DNA of 20,000 nucleotides from an uncultured virus (IMG/VR IMGVR_UViG_3300047160_009670) (IMGVR_UViG_3300047160_009670), one strand, 5' to 3'. Shown: positions 9,420 through 18,465, numbered from the stretch's first letter. Translations and numbers: made by a program. The notes: generated by a model not told the origin, from the sequence alone.

Positions 9420-10526
9420 ATGGCCAACGAACTACGCAGCGCGAACTGCCTGGGATTCTGGACGCAGGCGCCAGCCAATAGCATGCTGTCCCTGGCGCTC
9501 AACGGGGCGGCCGGGGCAACCTGGCTGGCTCTGGGGTTTGTTCCGCTCGCAAACAAACAAGTTAATACTGTTCGCGCCTACATGAATCTACAAACGGGAA
9601 CGCTTCAAGCAGGGGACATATCATGCGACATTTATTCAGATAACGGCAACCCGCTAGCTTCGCTGGGGACTACGACTACCATGTCGGCGTTTCCTGGCGC
9701 CGGCAATGCGGGATGGTGTACGTTTACGTTCGCATCGGCAGTAACCGTCACGTCGGGAACCCAATACTGGGCCGTCTTCAAGAACCCCAATACGGTTTCC
9801 GGCAATTCAACGATCCAGTATCCGACCTGGCAGTACGGCAATGCCGCTACGGCGCCGTCGCAGATAGGCGGTACGACGCCAAGCTTTGGATGGTCCAAGA
9901 AACAATCGACCAATTCCGGCGGGGCCTGGGCAACGTTTGTCTATGGGTCCTGCGGGTACCGCATAGGGTACAATGACGGAACATATGATGGGTTCCCTAC
10001 ACAGAATCTGGCCGCCGGTACAGACAAGATTTTCGGCAACACTGAAGTTGGGGTCAAGTTTACCAGCCCGCTGAATGCGAACTACAATGTTGTTGGCGTG
10101 TGCATGAACATCGGCAAGACAGGCGCAGTCGGATCGTTCTATTATAATATCTATCAAGTCAGTAGCCTTATCGCATCTACAAATAGTATAGCTGGCGCCA
10201 ACGTCGGCGCAGGCAGCTACCTACCCGCGTATTTTTCGTCCCCTGTAACGTTATTGCCGAATACCGTCTACCGGGTTACTGCATCGCAGGGGGCAGCCGG
10301 AACGTCGTCGATCTACTGTACCCAGAACCTGGAAAATTTCATGGACGGCGATGCCAATTCCCTGGCCTTGCTGCCGTTTTCCCAGACCGGCCAGCTTATG
10401 AAAACAATCTGGAATGGTTCAACATTTTCAGATACCAATACGTCAATATTCCCGTTCGCCCTGCTCCTGGATACGAACGGCGAATTTGGCAGCGCCGGCG
10501 GCGGCGGTAGCTACTGGGAAGCCTGA
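9420..10526 (+). CDS. Putative receptor-binding/virion protein with two DUF4082-like beta-sandwich repeats, 368 aa
   Basis: Two related units: DIYSDNG...GWCTFTFASAVTVTSGTQYWAV and EVGVKFTS...YFSSPVTLLPNTVYRV. G/S/T/N-rich. Confidence 0.55.
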   Translation: MANELRSANCLGFWTQAPANSMLSLALNGAAGATWLALGFVPLANKQVNTVRAYMNLQTGTLQAGDISCDIYSDNGNPLASLGTTTTMSAFPGAGNAGWCTFTFASAVTVTSGTQYWAVFKNPNTVSGNSTIQYPTWQYGNAATAPSQIGGTTPSFGWSKKQSTNSGGAWATFVYGSCGYRIGYNDGTYDGFPTQNLAAGTDKIFGNTEVGVKFTSPLNANYNVVGVCMNIGKTGAVGSFYYNIYQVSSLIASTNSIAGANVGAGSYLPAYFSSPVTLLPNTVYRVTASQGAAGTSSIYCTQNLENFMDGDANSLALLPFSQTGQLMKTIWNGSTFSDTNTSIFPFALLLDTNGEFGSAGGGGSYWEA

Positions 10527-10529
10527 ACC

Positions 10530-12722
10530 ATGCCCGTACCCGACAACCTACCATCGTCAGGCGGTACCGGCGGGATCGTCCGCGCCGTCAGCCGGGGCGG
10601 CAGCCCGAATGTCTGGACCGCCGTGTCCCTGATCGATGTAGGCGGACAGGCCGGGCCGGAATCGTTCGTAACGTCGGGCAATCCGTTACCAGTCAGCGTA
10701 TCTACAGGAGTGACTATATCGGGCGGTACGATAGCCGCGACCCAGTCGGGCGCATGGACCGTCGGCCAGTCCGGCGGCTGGACCGTCGCCGCGACCCAAA
10801 GCGGGGTCTGGAACGTCGGCCAGTCCGGTACCTGGAACGTCGTCGCGTCCGGGACCGTCGCGGCAACCCAGTCCGGGGCATGGACCGTAGGACAATCCGG
10901 GGCCTGGACGGTCAGCGCCAACATCGGTACAACCGGCGGCCTGGCGCTCGATTCGACCGTTTCCAAGTTGAACGTCGGCCAAGGCGCTGCCCTGGGAACC
11001 AATACCGGCCCCATGGTCATGGGGTCGGTAACAACTGCGGCGCCAACATATGTTACCGGGCAAATCAGTCCCCTGTCCCTGGATACGTCCGGGAACCTGC
11101 GCGTTGTCCTGTCCCCCAGTGGGACCATGACCGTGACCGGGACTGTGACCGCCAACATCGGCACAACCGGCGGCCTGGCCCTGGATGCTAGCCTTAGCGG
11201 CATCTTTAACGAACTGAACGGCATCCTTGTAGGTCAGAATTCAGCGACCGTCGGGTCGGTCGGTATCCTGTGCCAATGCGCCGCGACAACGGCCGTGCCG
11301 TCCTATACGAACGGCACGACTAACCCCCTGTCGATGGATACGACCGGCCGGCTGCGGGTACTGGCTGGGCAGCAAGGGACGTATACCGTCAGCGGGACGG
11401 TAACCGCAAACCAAGGCGGTACCTGGACGGTAACCCAAAGCGGCGCCTGGACCGTCGCCGCGACCCAGTCAGGCGCGCCCTGGGCCGAGAACATAACGCA
11501 GTTTGGCGGGGCCGCGGTCGTTACGGGTCTGGGCACGAGCGGGGCCGGCATCCCCCGGATGACCGTATCCAATGATAGTCAAATCAAACAATGGGATGGT
11601 ACGACAGGAATCACGTTCAAGCCTGCGTTAATACCACCGGCGGCCGGGGATACCGCCGAAGTCGTGACCATGTCCCCGAACAGCGGCCTGCCCCGGATCA
11701 TCCAAAGGGTCAATGGCATAACGGGCGCGCCGGGTAAAAATCTTGTCATAGCCTTCAGTTCAAATAATACTGCCGGGAATACACTAATAGGCGTTGTTGG
11801 CGTAGGCAACTGGGCGTCAACAAGCTGGACGATCACGATAACCGATACCGCGCTCAATACCTGGGCCGTCGATGTATTCCAGGTCCAGGGCACGACCCTG
11901 TACGCGGCTATCTTCCGATGTACGAACTGCGCGGGCGGCGCCAATACGGTAACCATCGCGATATCCGGGGCCAATTCCGCCAACTGCGCCATGGCCGCGG
12001 AACTGTATGAACTGGCGGGATTGCTCGCCCCCGCCGCGTCCATTGATACCAGTTCGTCCGGGTCCAGCGCGGGCAGCCTGACCCCGTCCGTCACGCCCTT
12101 CCAGGCGTCGCAACCGAACGATTATATGTTCGCGGCTATATCGGCAGCCGGCGGGACCATTACCCCGAACAGCCCGTGGGGTATGCCGGCGGGGACCATC
12201 GCGCCGACTGGCGGCGGGCTGGTTAGCTTCGGCGCGCTCAACTATCCCGGCGCGTCCCCAGGCGGCATAACGGCGCTTTTGGCGAACCTGTCGCCGTCCA
12301 ATGCCTGGGCATCGGCGTCTGCCTGCTACAAGGCCCCGGTCCGGTCCATCGGCGGAACCGTCCTGGCCAACTGCCAGGCGTCGGCGGATGTAATCGAAAT
12401 CGCGGGCACAACCTACGCGGTCCAGCGCAGCTTCGCCAACGCGACCGCCAGCGGCGAAAATACCGTCCTGTCCGCCGTCCCCGGCAAGATCATCCGCGTG
12501 ATTTCCTATTCCGTCGGCCCGGTATCCGCCGCGGTCAATGTCTTCTTCGATGACCCGACGACCGGCGCGATCAGTTCAACCAAATATCTTTCCGCGTTTA
12601 CGGGATACGGCCGCGCGATGAACGTCTACGGCCATTTCGAAACTGCGGTCGGCCAGGCGCTACGCATAAACCTATCTGGAACCGCGAATGTCGGCGTTGA
12701 CTTCGCGTACATCACGCGGTAA
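10530..12722 (+). CDS. Tail fibre-like protein with QSGxWxV repeats, 730 aa
   Basis: Very rich in G/T/S/A/V. About nine (A)TQSG(A/T/V)W(T/N)V-type repeats, a duplicated ANIGTTGGLALD and a duplicated TTAxPxYxxGxxxPLSxDTxGxLRV, followed by C-terminal beta-rich domains. Confidence 0.65.
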   Translation: MPVPDNLPSSGGTGGIVRAVSRGGSPNVWTAVSLIDVGGQAGPESFVTSGNPLPVSVSTGVTISGGTIAATQSGAWTVGQSGGWTVAATQSGVWNVGQSGTWNVVASGTVAATQSGAWTVGQSGAWTVSANIGTTGGLALDSTVSKLNVGQGAALGTNTGPMVMGSVTTAAPTYVTGQISPLSLDTSGNLRVVLSPSGTMTVTGTVTANIGTTGGLALDASLSGIFNELNGILVGQNSATVGSVGILCQCAATTAVPSYTNGTTNPLSMDTTGRLRVLAGQQGTYTVSGTVTANQGGTWTVTQSGAWTVAATQSGAPWAENITQFGGAAVVTGLGTSGAGIPRMTVSNDSQIKQWDGTTGITFKPALIPPAAGDTAEVVTMSPNSGLPRIIQRVNGITGAPGKNLVIAFSSNNTAGNTLIGVVGVGNWASTSWTITITDTALNTWAVDVFQVQGTTLYAAIFRCTNCAGGANTVTIAISGANSANCAMAAELYELAGLLAPAASIDTSSSGSSAGSLTPSVTPFQASQPNDYMFAAISAAGGTITPNSPWGMPAGTIAPTGGGLVSFGALNYPGASPGGITALLANLSPSNAWASASACYKAPVRSIGGTVLANCQASADVIEIAGTTYAVQRSFANATASGENTVLSAVPGKIIRVISYSVGPVSAAVNVFFDDPTTGAISSTKYLSAFTGYGRAMNVYGHFETAVGQALRINLSGTANVGVDFAYITR
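10735..10912 (+). repeat. Degenerate coding tandem repeats (QSGxWxV), with further copies at ~11400-11483
   Basis: AATQSGAWTVGQSGGWTVAATQSGVWNVGQSGTWNV...AATQSGAWTVGQSGAWTV. Confidence 0.85.
10917..11186 (+). repeat. 36-nt direct repeat pair (10917-10952 and 11151-11186)
   Basis: gccaacatcggtacaaccggcggcctggcgctcgat vs gccaacatcggcacaaccggcggcctggccctggat; 3 synonymous mismatches, both encode ANIGTTGGLALD. Confidence 0.9.
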
Positions 12723-12728
12723 GCGCCA

Positions 12729-13160
12729 ATGGGCGGCTTCGACCTACTGACCCTTTGGTCCGGGGCCGGCGGGGCGCCCGTTATCCAGGGGGCGTTCCAT
12801 GTAGGATATATGTATATATCCGCGGATGAACCAATAGATGGACGGGCCTTGGTCTACGCGATAACCCAGATTGCCCTACCCCCGGGGACCGCGCCGGCGT
12901 TCGTGCCGCCATTGCAATATGATTTCAAGAATAATACGTTTACGCAAACGCCTGTGACCCCGACGAACCCCCTGCCCGACCTGGGGGCGGGGTTCTACGG
13001 GCTGGTCATGCCGATCACGAATCCCCCTTGGTACGACGGGGATTACAAGGTCACGATAACGGATAACACGGGTATCGTTACGGGCGGCGGGGCCGTCATG
13101 CTGGGGCATTTCTTCGGGCATATCAAGAACGCGGATGACGGCCTGAGCAACATCGACTGA
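12729..13160 (+). CDS. Hypothetical protein, 143 aa; paralog of the N-terminal half of 17544..18434
   Basis: Shares VPPxQYDFxxxxFxQTPVxxTxPLP, WYDGxYxVxxxD and KxxDDG with that protein. Confidence 0.75.
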   Translation: MGGFDLLTLWSGAGGAPVIQGAFHVGYMYISADEPIDGRALVYAITQIALPPGTAPAFVPPLQYDFKNNTFTQTPVTPTNPLPDLGAGFYGLVMPITNPPWYDGDYKVTITDNTGIVTGGGAVMLGHFFGHIKNADDGLSNID

Positions 13161-13189
13161 GCCGTCAGTACGACAAGTAGGGGCGCGCC

Positions 13190-13678
13190 ATGGCTACCCT
13201 GGAACCTAAATACGCGGCCGAAACCGCGATAACGATCAATGCGGATGGGATTCTTAATAACACGGCCAGGCAAAGTACGGTTGTAGATAATACATCTAAC
13301 TTATATACGGATGCAAAGATAACCCTGAAGTTGCAGACCGGGGCGGGCGCCCTGGCGTCGAATCCTCTGATCCTGATCTATGCCTATGCCCTGTCGTTCG
13401 GCGGGACTACCTACCCGGACGGGATTACCGGGGCCGACGGGTCCTATACCCTGTATAGCCTGCCGAACCTGCCCCTGATCCGGGCCATCAACGTCCAGAC
13501 CGCCAATACGTCCTTTGCCAGCGATGAACTGTCCATCGCCGCCGCCTACGGCGGGGTCCTGCCCCGGAAATGGGGGATCGTCATCGTCAACAATACCGGC
13601 CTGACGCTGGCCGGTACGGCGGGCCAAAGCCTACTGAATGCCGCATCATTCATGCCTGAACAGTTGCAGGCGGTTTGA
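13190..13678 (+). CDS. Conserved-looking phage hypothetical virion protein, 162 aa
   Basis: AGGGG SD-like element at 13179-13183. Motifs RQSTVVDNTSNLYTDA and AAAYGGVLPRKWGIVIVNNTG. Its stop overlaps the next start (TGATG). Confidence 0.7.
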   Translation: MATLEPKYAAETAITINADGILNNTARQSTVVDNTSNLYTDAKITLKLQTGAGALASNPLILIYAYALSFGGTTYPDGITGADGSYTLYSLPNLPLIRAINVQTANTSFASDELSIAAAYGGVLPRKWGIVIVNNTGLTLAGTAGQSLLNAASFMPEQLQAV

Positions 13679-14517
13679 TGATTCCGATCCTGCCCTACCC
13701 CCGAACCCCGTTCCTGCAAGCCGGGCATAACCTGGCCCGCGGCCTGATCGGTTTCTGGGTTCCCGGCCTGGACATGGGGACCCAGACCCGGGCGGCCCGG
13801 AACTGGGCCGAACCGGGCCTGGCCGACGGGACCTATAGCGGCGCCCTGGGGGGCAGTCAAACGCGCTGGGGTACCGGGGCCATCGTCAATCAGGGCAACC
13901 CCGATTACATCGACTGCGGTAACGTCCTGTCCTACATAACTAACTTTTCCGTCGGCGTCATGTTCCAAAGTTCCGGTACGCTGCTTGTCGGGGACATGAA
14001 CATATTCACTAAGGGTTACGACGGCACGAATACCCAATGGTACATCAAGAAATCGAGCGGCGGCCCGTTCTACTTCGGCAATAGCCAGGCCGGGACCGAC
14101 TACTTCACGTATACGCAGCTTGGGGTCGGTACGGCCGCCATCAATACCGCCTACGTCCTGCTCGGGACCTATGACGGCACGACCTATACCATCTACGCCA
14201 ACGGGGTCCGCAGCGGGTTCAATTCGACCCTGCCGGCGTTTGTCGGAACAACGAATAATATTCGCATAGGTTCTATACAAGGGCTGCTCGGCGCCTCGTG
14301 GGATGGGGTCATCATCGCCGCGGCGCACTGGAAGCGCAGCCTGACCTACGCCGAATCCATCGCCTGGACGCAAGACCCGTTTGCCATGTTCCGCCCCGTC
14401 CGCGAGCGGGCCTACCTGGCGGCGCTGACAACCGGCAGGCTGTTCCGGCGCATCCTTGGCGACAATCCGCGCGTCGGCTCGCGCCCCGGGATCGGCACCA
14501 GCACCGGCGGCCTGTGA
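13678..14517 (+). CDS. LamG / concanavalin A-like lectin-domain virion protein, ~279 aa
   Basis: GLIGFW...DYIDCG...NFSVGVMF...LLGTYDGTTYTIYANG...IRIG...WDGVI...WKRSLTYAE is the LamG_3 pattern. Translationally coupled via TGATG at 13676-13680. Confidence 0.8.
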   Translation: MIPILPYPRTPFLQAGHNLARGLIGFWVPGLDMGTQTRAARNWAEPGLADGTYSGALGGSQTRWGTGAIVNQGNPDYIDCGNVLSYITNFSVGVMFQSSGTLLVGDMNIFTKGYDGTNTQWYIKKSSGGPFYFGNSQAGTDYFTYTQLGVGTAAINTAYVLLGTYDGTTYTIYANGVRSGFNSTLPAFVGTTNNIRIGSIQGLLGASWDGVIIAAAHWKRSLTYAESIAWTQDPFAMFRPVRERAYLAALTTGRLFRRILGDNPRVGSRPGIGTSTGGL

Positions 14518-14533
14518 TGAAGGGGAGCCAGGC

Positions 14534-16246
14534 ATGGGCCAGACCATCAAACAAAATAATACTAACCAATACATCCTGTTTTGGCTTATATCCTCGGCTG
14601 ACCATATAAGCGGTCTTACAGGCAAGGCCGGCAGCGTCGTCGTCAAGCTGTCCAAGAACGGCGGCGGCGGCATCAACCCGAACGGCACGGTCGCTGAGGT
14701 CGATGCGGTTAACATGCCCGGCCTGTATTCCATATCGCCGTCCCTGAATGATAGTACGACCCTCGGACCCCTGGGCCTCTATGCCAAGGATGCGCTGTCC
14801 GATCCATGGTCCGATACTCATACGGTCGTCGCGTACGACCCCCTGGATACGTCCCTGGGGATCACGATCAATTCCAATGTCATGAAATGGAATAACGCGA
14901 ACCTGCCCGTTTCCATCGTCCCCGGCTACCCCCGGGTCGATCTATGGTACACGCTGGGAACCCAGTCGCAGGGGCAAGGCGGCTACGTTGGCCTGGACTG
15001 GTCGCAGATGACTGGCGTGGGGACTGCCCAAAACCTGTCCAATACAACCATCAAGACCGTTTCCGGCGCGGTCGGGTCGATCAGCGGCGTGACCTTCCCC
15101 GCCAACTTCGGCCTGACCGTGATCGATGGGTCCGGCAACGTCAGCCTGGCCCCGCAGTATACCGGGGTCGTACGCCAGAGCGGGACCTGGACCGTCGATA
15201 GCTCGACCAGCATCCTGCTCGATGCCGGCGCATCGACTACTGACAATATCTATAATGGTAACTTGCTCTGGGTCTACAGCGGGACCGGCGCCGGCCAGAC
15301 GCGCAGCATCGTCAGCTATACCGGATCGAACCAGCGCGCCGTCATCGACCGGGCATGGACCCCGAACCCCATCGGCGGCAATATCGCCATGCTGGCGTCC
15401 GATTCCCCCAAGATGGATGGCGCCGGGAACATATCCGCAACCATTGGCGCAGGCGTAAACGTGACCCAGTGGAACGGGACCAATGTGGTCGCGCCCAACG
15501 TATCGGGCGTTCCCCTGATTGACGTTGGCTACCTGAAGGGAACCGCGTCCGCCGGGCTAGCCGGCTACGTCGGCCTGGACTGGTCGCATATTACAGCAGC
15601 TACAACTGTTCAGGGATTGACCGGTACGACCATCGCCAGTAGCCAGGTCATCGCCCAGGTTACCGGGTCGGTCGGCAGCGTGACGGGCGCCGTCGGGTCC
15701 GTGACCGGGTCCGTGGGGTCCGTGACGGGCGCCGTGGGCAGCGTGACCGGCAACGTCGGGGGAAATGTCGTCGGCTCTACCGGATCGGTCCTGGGCGCCG
15801 TGGGCAGCGTGACCGGCAATGTCGGGGGAAACGTCGTCGGGTCGGTCGGCAGCGTGACCGGCGCTGTCGGATCGGTTACCGGCAACGTCGGCGGGTCGGT
15901 CGCATCCGTTACCGGCAACGTCGGCGGGTCGGTCGTCGGGTCGGTTGCCAGCGTTACCAATGACGTAACTGTCAATCATATCAAAAAGAATACAGCCCTA
16001 AATAACTTCCAGTTCGTCATGGTCAACGCGACAACCAATGCCCCTATGATCGGCCTGACCGTGACCGCGACCCGGAACATCGACCGGGCCGGGTTCGCCG
16101 CGTGCGCGAATGCCGTTACCGAAATCGGCAATGGATGGTATGGTCTGAACCTGGCGGCAAGCGACCTGAACGGGACCGTCATCGGCTTCCGGTTTACCGG
16201 GACCGGGGCCAGCGACCGGAACTTTACCGTCATTACCGTAGGCTAA
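14534..16246 (+). CDS. Fibre-like virion protein with GSVTG(A/S/N)V repeats and duplicated terminal domains, ~570 aa
   Basis: SD AGGGGAG at 14521-14527 lies 6 nt before ATG 14534. N- and C-terminal domains are similar (IKQN...EVDAVNMPGLYSI vs IKKN...TEIGNGWYGL). Internal duplication of NVxxWN...GxPxxD...GYVGLDWS...TTI. Confidence 0.7.
   Translation: MGQTIKQNNTNQYILFWLISSADHISGLTGKAGSVVVKLSKNGGGGINPNGTVAEVDAVNMPGLYSISPSLNDSTTLGPLGLYAKDALSDPWSDTHTVVAYDPLDTSLGITINSNVMKWNNANLPVSIVPGYPRVDLWYTLGTQSQGQGGYVGLDWSQMTGVGTAQNLSNTTIKTVSGAVGSISGVTFPANFGLTVIDGSGNVSLAPQYTGVVRQSGTWTVDSSTSILLDAGASTTDNIYNGNLLWVYSGTGAGQTRSIVSYTGSNQRAVIDRAWTPNPIGGNIAMLASDSPKMDGAGNISATIGAGVNVTQWNGTNVVAPNVSGVPLIDVGYLKGTASAGLAGYVGLDWSHITAATTVQGLTGTTIASSQVIAQVTGSVGSVTGAVGSVTGSVGSVTGAVGSVTGNVGGNVVGSTGSVLGAVGSVTGNVGGNVVGSVGSVTGAVGSVTGNVGGSVASVTGNVGGSVVGSVASVTNDVTVNHIKKNTALNNFQFVMVNATTNAPMIGLTVTATRNIDRAGFAACANAVTEIGNGWYGLNLAASDLNGTVIGFRFTGTGASDRNFTVITVG
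15659..15958 (+). repeat. Low-complexity coding repeats of 7 and 11 aa (GSVTGAV / GSVTGNVGGNV)
   Basis: VTGSVGSVTGAVGSVTGSVGSVTGAVGSVTGNVGGNVVGS... spanning ~100 aa composed almost entirely of G, S, V, T, N, A. Confidence 0.9.
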
Positions 16247-16250
16247 ACCG

Positions 16251-16457
16251 ATGCCGGAACAGCGAATGATTATAACAGAAGCCCAGAAATCGGCCGGCAT
16301 CCGCGTCGCCGTCGGCCTGCCGATGTTCCCGACCTTCGGCCAGCCCTGGCAGCAAATCCAGACCGTTCGGCTGCCCTATCTCATCCTGGGGCGAACGCCC
16401 GATGGGAACTACCTTGTCGAAAACCCGGAACTGACCCTGGCGCGGCGGCGAAGATAA
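16251..16457 (+). CDS. Hypothetical protein, 68 aa
   Basis: Fills the gap between neighbours; its TAA directly abuts the next ATG; operon-like codon usage. Confidence 0.6.
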   Translation: MPEQRMIITEAQKSAGIRVAVGLPMFPTFGQPWQQIQTVRLPYLILGRTPDGNYLVENPELTLARRRR

Positions 16458-16673
16458 ATGATTATTGATTGGAATCAAGACCAAACGTCGGCGAATACGT
16501 TCATTGCTGTATCCACCCAAAACATCGACCCGCTGTCTGTCGGCGTGCCGACTTCGGGCGGTACCTTTGTTAGTACGCCGGGCATGAACCTGGATAGCAT
16601 AGGGGCCGGCATCGTCAGCGCCGGGTTCAATTCGTCCGCCATCCCCCCGGATACCAATCGCGGGAGAAATTAA
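16458..16673 (+). CDS. Hypothetical protein, 71 aa
   Basis: Starts immediately after the upstream TAA; S/T/G-rich. Confidence 0.55.
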   Translation: MIIDWNQDQTSANTFIAVSTQNIDPLSVGVPTSGGTFVSTPGMNLDSIGAGIVSAGFNSSAIPPDTNRGRN

Positions 16674-16679
16674 CAGACC

Positions 16680-17000
16680 ATGCCATTTTCAACCCAGAAT
16701 GGCGGCCTGGCAATCCTGGCCAGCCCGATTGCGCTCAATTCGTCTACCGCCGTCCAGATTCTGCCCGACCGCAGCGCCGGCGGCCGGGTTTCGTTCGTCC
16801 TGCAAAACCAGTCGGCTATTGATGTGTTTATTGGCGGGGACAGTACCGTCACGAACAGCGGCGGCGCCAAGCCGGGCATCCTTTTGAAAGGCGGCCTGTC
16901 CCCCCCATATACCTTTACCGATTCGACCATCCGCGGACCCATCTGGGCCATCGCCGCCAGCGGTACGCCCGCATTGGTCGTCCTGGAAATCATGGCGTAG
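16680..17000 (+). CDS. Small beta-rich hypothetical virion protein, 106 aa
   Basis: RVSFVLQNQSAIDVFIGGDSTVT...GILLKGG...IWAIA resembles small phage structural proteins. ACCATG start. Confidence 0.65.
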   Translation: MPFSTQNGGLAILASPIALNSSTAVQILPDRSAGGRVSFVLQNQSAIDVFIGGDSTVTNSGGAKPGILLKGGLSPPYTFTDSTIRGPIWAIAASGTPALVVLEIMA

Positions 17001-17010
17001 GCGCCCTGCC

Positions 17011-17517
17011 ATGCCCGCCCAGATTCAAAGTACCCCGGATGCTATCGTCAAAGGGATCAAACAGGCATTCATAGATTCGGGTTTGTATAACGCGCAGACC
17101 TGCATCGTCAGCCTGCCCCCCGATACCTTCCCCCTGGCGGGGCCGCCCATGCTCATCATCAGCCCGGGCGACTGGGGACCGGCCGAACCCCAGGTCCGCG
17201 GCGGGGGGAAGTACGTAAGCGGCCTGCGCGGGCTGATCCATTTCCGGGTCCTGGACCAAAGACTGACCGATGTTGCCGATCAGGACTTCTATCGTCTTAT
17301 CGATATGCGATATTCCCTGATCCGCCTGGCCGAAAAGACCATCGCCTTCCTGGCGCTCTACATCCCCTACGATGCCGCGGGGAACGCCCTGTCCGAAGAA
17401 CCCATGCGGCTTAGCGGGGCCGCGGCGCCCGTCCAGACCAGTCCCGATCCCGAAGAATGGGCCGAAATCGCCTGGGACTGCGAAATCGCTATCCAGGCCC
17501 ATATGACCGCCGGCTGA
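17011..17517 (+). CDS. Hypothetical protein, possibly tail-completion/terminator-like, 168 aa; paralog of the C-terminal half of the next gene
   Basis: Gapless manual alignment gives 67/156 identities with 17958-18425. The terminator-like call rests only on size and alpha/beta pattern. Confidence 0.65.
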   Translation: MPAQIQSTPDAIVKGIKQAFIDSGLYNAQTCIVSLPPDTFPLAGPPMLIISPGDWGPAEPQVRGGGKYVSGLRGLIHFRVLDQRLTDVADQDFYRLIDMRYSLIRLAEKTIAFLALYIPYDAAGNALSEEPMRLSGAAAPVQTSPDPEEWAEIAWDCEIAIQAHMTAG

Positions 17518-17543
17518 CCGGATGAACTATTGGTAAAAATGAA

Positions 17544-18434
17544 TTGTCCATCAACATTGGATATGACTACTTCCTGCCCGCCCCCCTGGGCCAGCCCGGC
17601 CCCCTGCCGCAGTACGGCAAGCAGCTAAGCTACAGCGTCCAGCGCAATGCCCTGGCCGCGGGCTATACCGGACCGGCCCCGGTTCCCCCCTTCCAGTATG
17701 ACTTCTCGACCGGCCTGTTCAGCCAGACCCCAGTAGTCAAGACCGCCCCCCTGCCCGCCGGCAGCCCAGCCCAGTTCTATACCAGTTCCATCATCAGTAC
17801 CCCCCAGGCCCAATGGTACGATGGGGAATATGCTGTATCGTTCTTTGATGTGACGGTCCCGACCGCCACCGTCTTCCTGCGCAAGACCTACGCCGAAATG
17901 AAACGCGGGGATGATGGCTGGAACGGCCTGACCCCCAGCGTCGTCGCTACATATTCCGATAGAATCCTGAAAGATATCCGCCAATATCTTATTGATATTG
18001 GGATGTTCAACCAGCAGCAATGCGTCTTTTCGATCCGGGAAACGAATTTCCCCCTGCCCGGGTCCCCGTTTCTGGTCCTGCGACCCATGGGCTGGAACCA
18101 GAATGAACCCCTGACCCGCGGGGGCGGACGGTATACCTACGGCATGCGCCATACCCTGCGGGCGCGCCTGATGGATCAACGTCTGGTCGATATCGGCCAG
18201 CAAGACTATTACCGATTGGTGGATTTAAGATATGCCCTGCTCCTGGCGGTCAACAATCTGCATAACGCGCTGCAAATGTACTTCCCGATTGACGCCGCCG
18301 GTAATGTCCTGACCGTCGAACCCGTCCGCCTACTGAATGAATCCCGGCCGGCCCGCGATCAGCAAGACCCGGAACAATGGGCGTTTATTGATTCATTCAT
18401 TGAAATCAACTATTACCTTGCTATGAATCCCTAG
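17544..18434 (+). CDS. Two-domain fusion protein (12729-like domain + 17011-like domain), 296 aa
   Basis: TTG start, with an in-frame TGA at 17523 limiting any upstream extension. Paralogy to both genes is visible directly. Confidence 0.75.
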   Translation: MSINIGYDYFLPAPLGQPGPLPQYGKQLSYSVQRNALAAGYTGPAPVPPFQYDFSTGLFSQTPVVKTAPLPAGSPAQFYTSSIISTPQAQWYDGEYAVSFFDVTVPTATVFLRKTYAEMKRGDDGWNGLTPSVVATYSDRILKDIRQYLIDIGMFNQQQCVFSIRETNFPLPGSPFLVLRPMGWNQNEPLTRGGGRYTYGMRHTLRARLMDQRLVDIGQQDYYRLVDLRYALLLAVNNLHNALQMYFPIDAAGNVLTVEPVRLLNESRPARDQQDPEQWAFIDSFIEINYYLAMNP

Positions 18435-18460
18435 ACCCCGTAGCGCCGACCGCGTATAAT
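18432..18460 (+). promoter_or_regulatory. Sigma70-type promoter
   Basis: TAGACC (18432-18437, 4/6 match to TTGACA), 17-bp spacer, perfect TATAAT (18455-18460), at the start of the only sizeable intergenic gap. Confidence 0.65.
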
Positions 18461-18465
18461 ACAAG

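Noticed and set aside
15659..15958. Tandem DNA repeats as a CRISPR array or DGR template/variable repeat
   Set aside because: The repeats are in-frame, vary at synonymous positions, have no unique spacers or adenine-specific mismatches, and no cas or reverse transcriptase gene is in the window.
837..18203. Many long minus-strand and alternate-frame ORFs (e.g. 837-1466, 4354-4953, 10511-11224, 13546-14733, 17625-18203)
   Set aside because: They are shadows of GC-rich + strand genes: they overlap better-supported CDSs and have no recognisable motifs.
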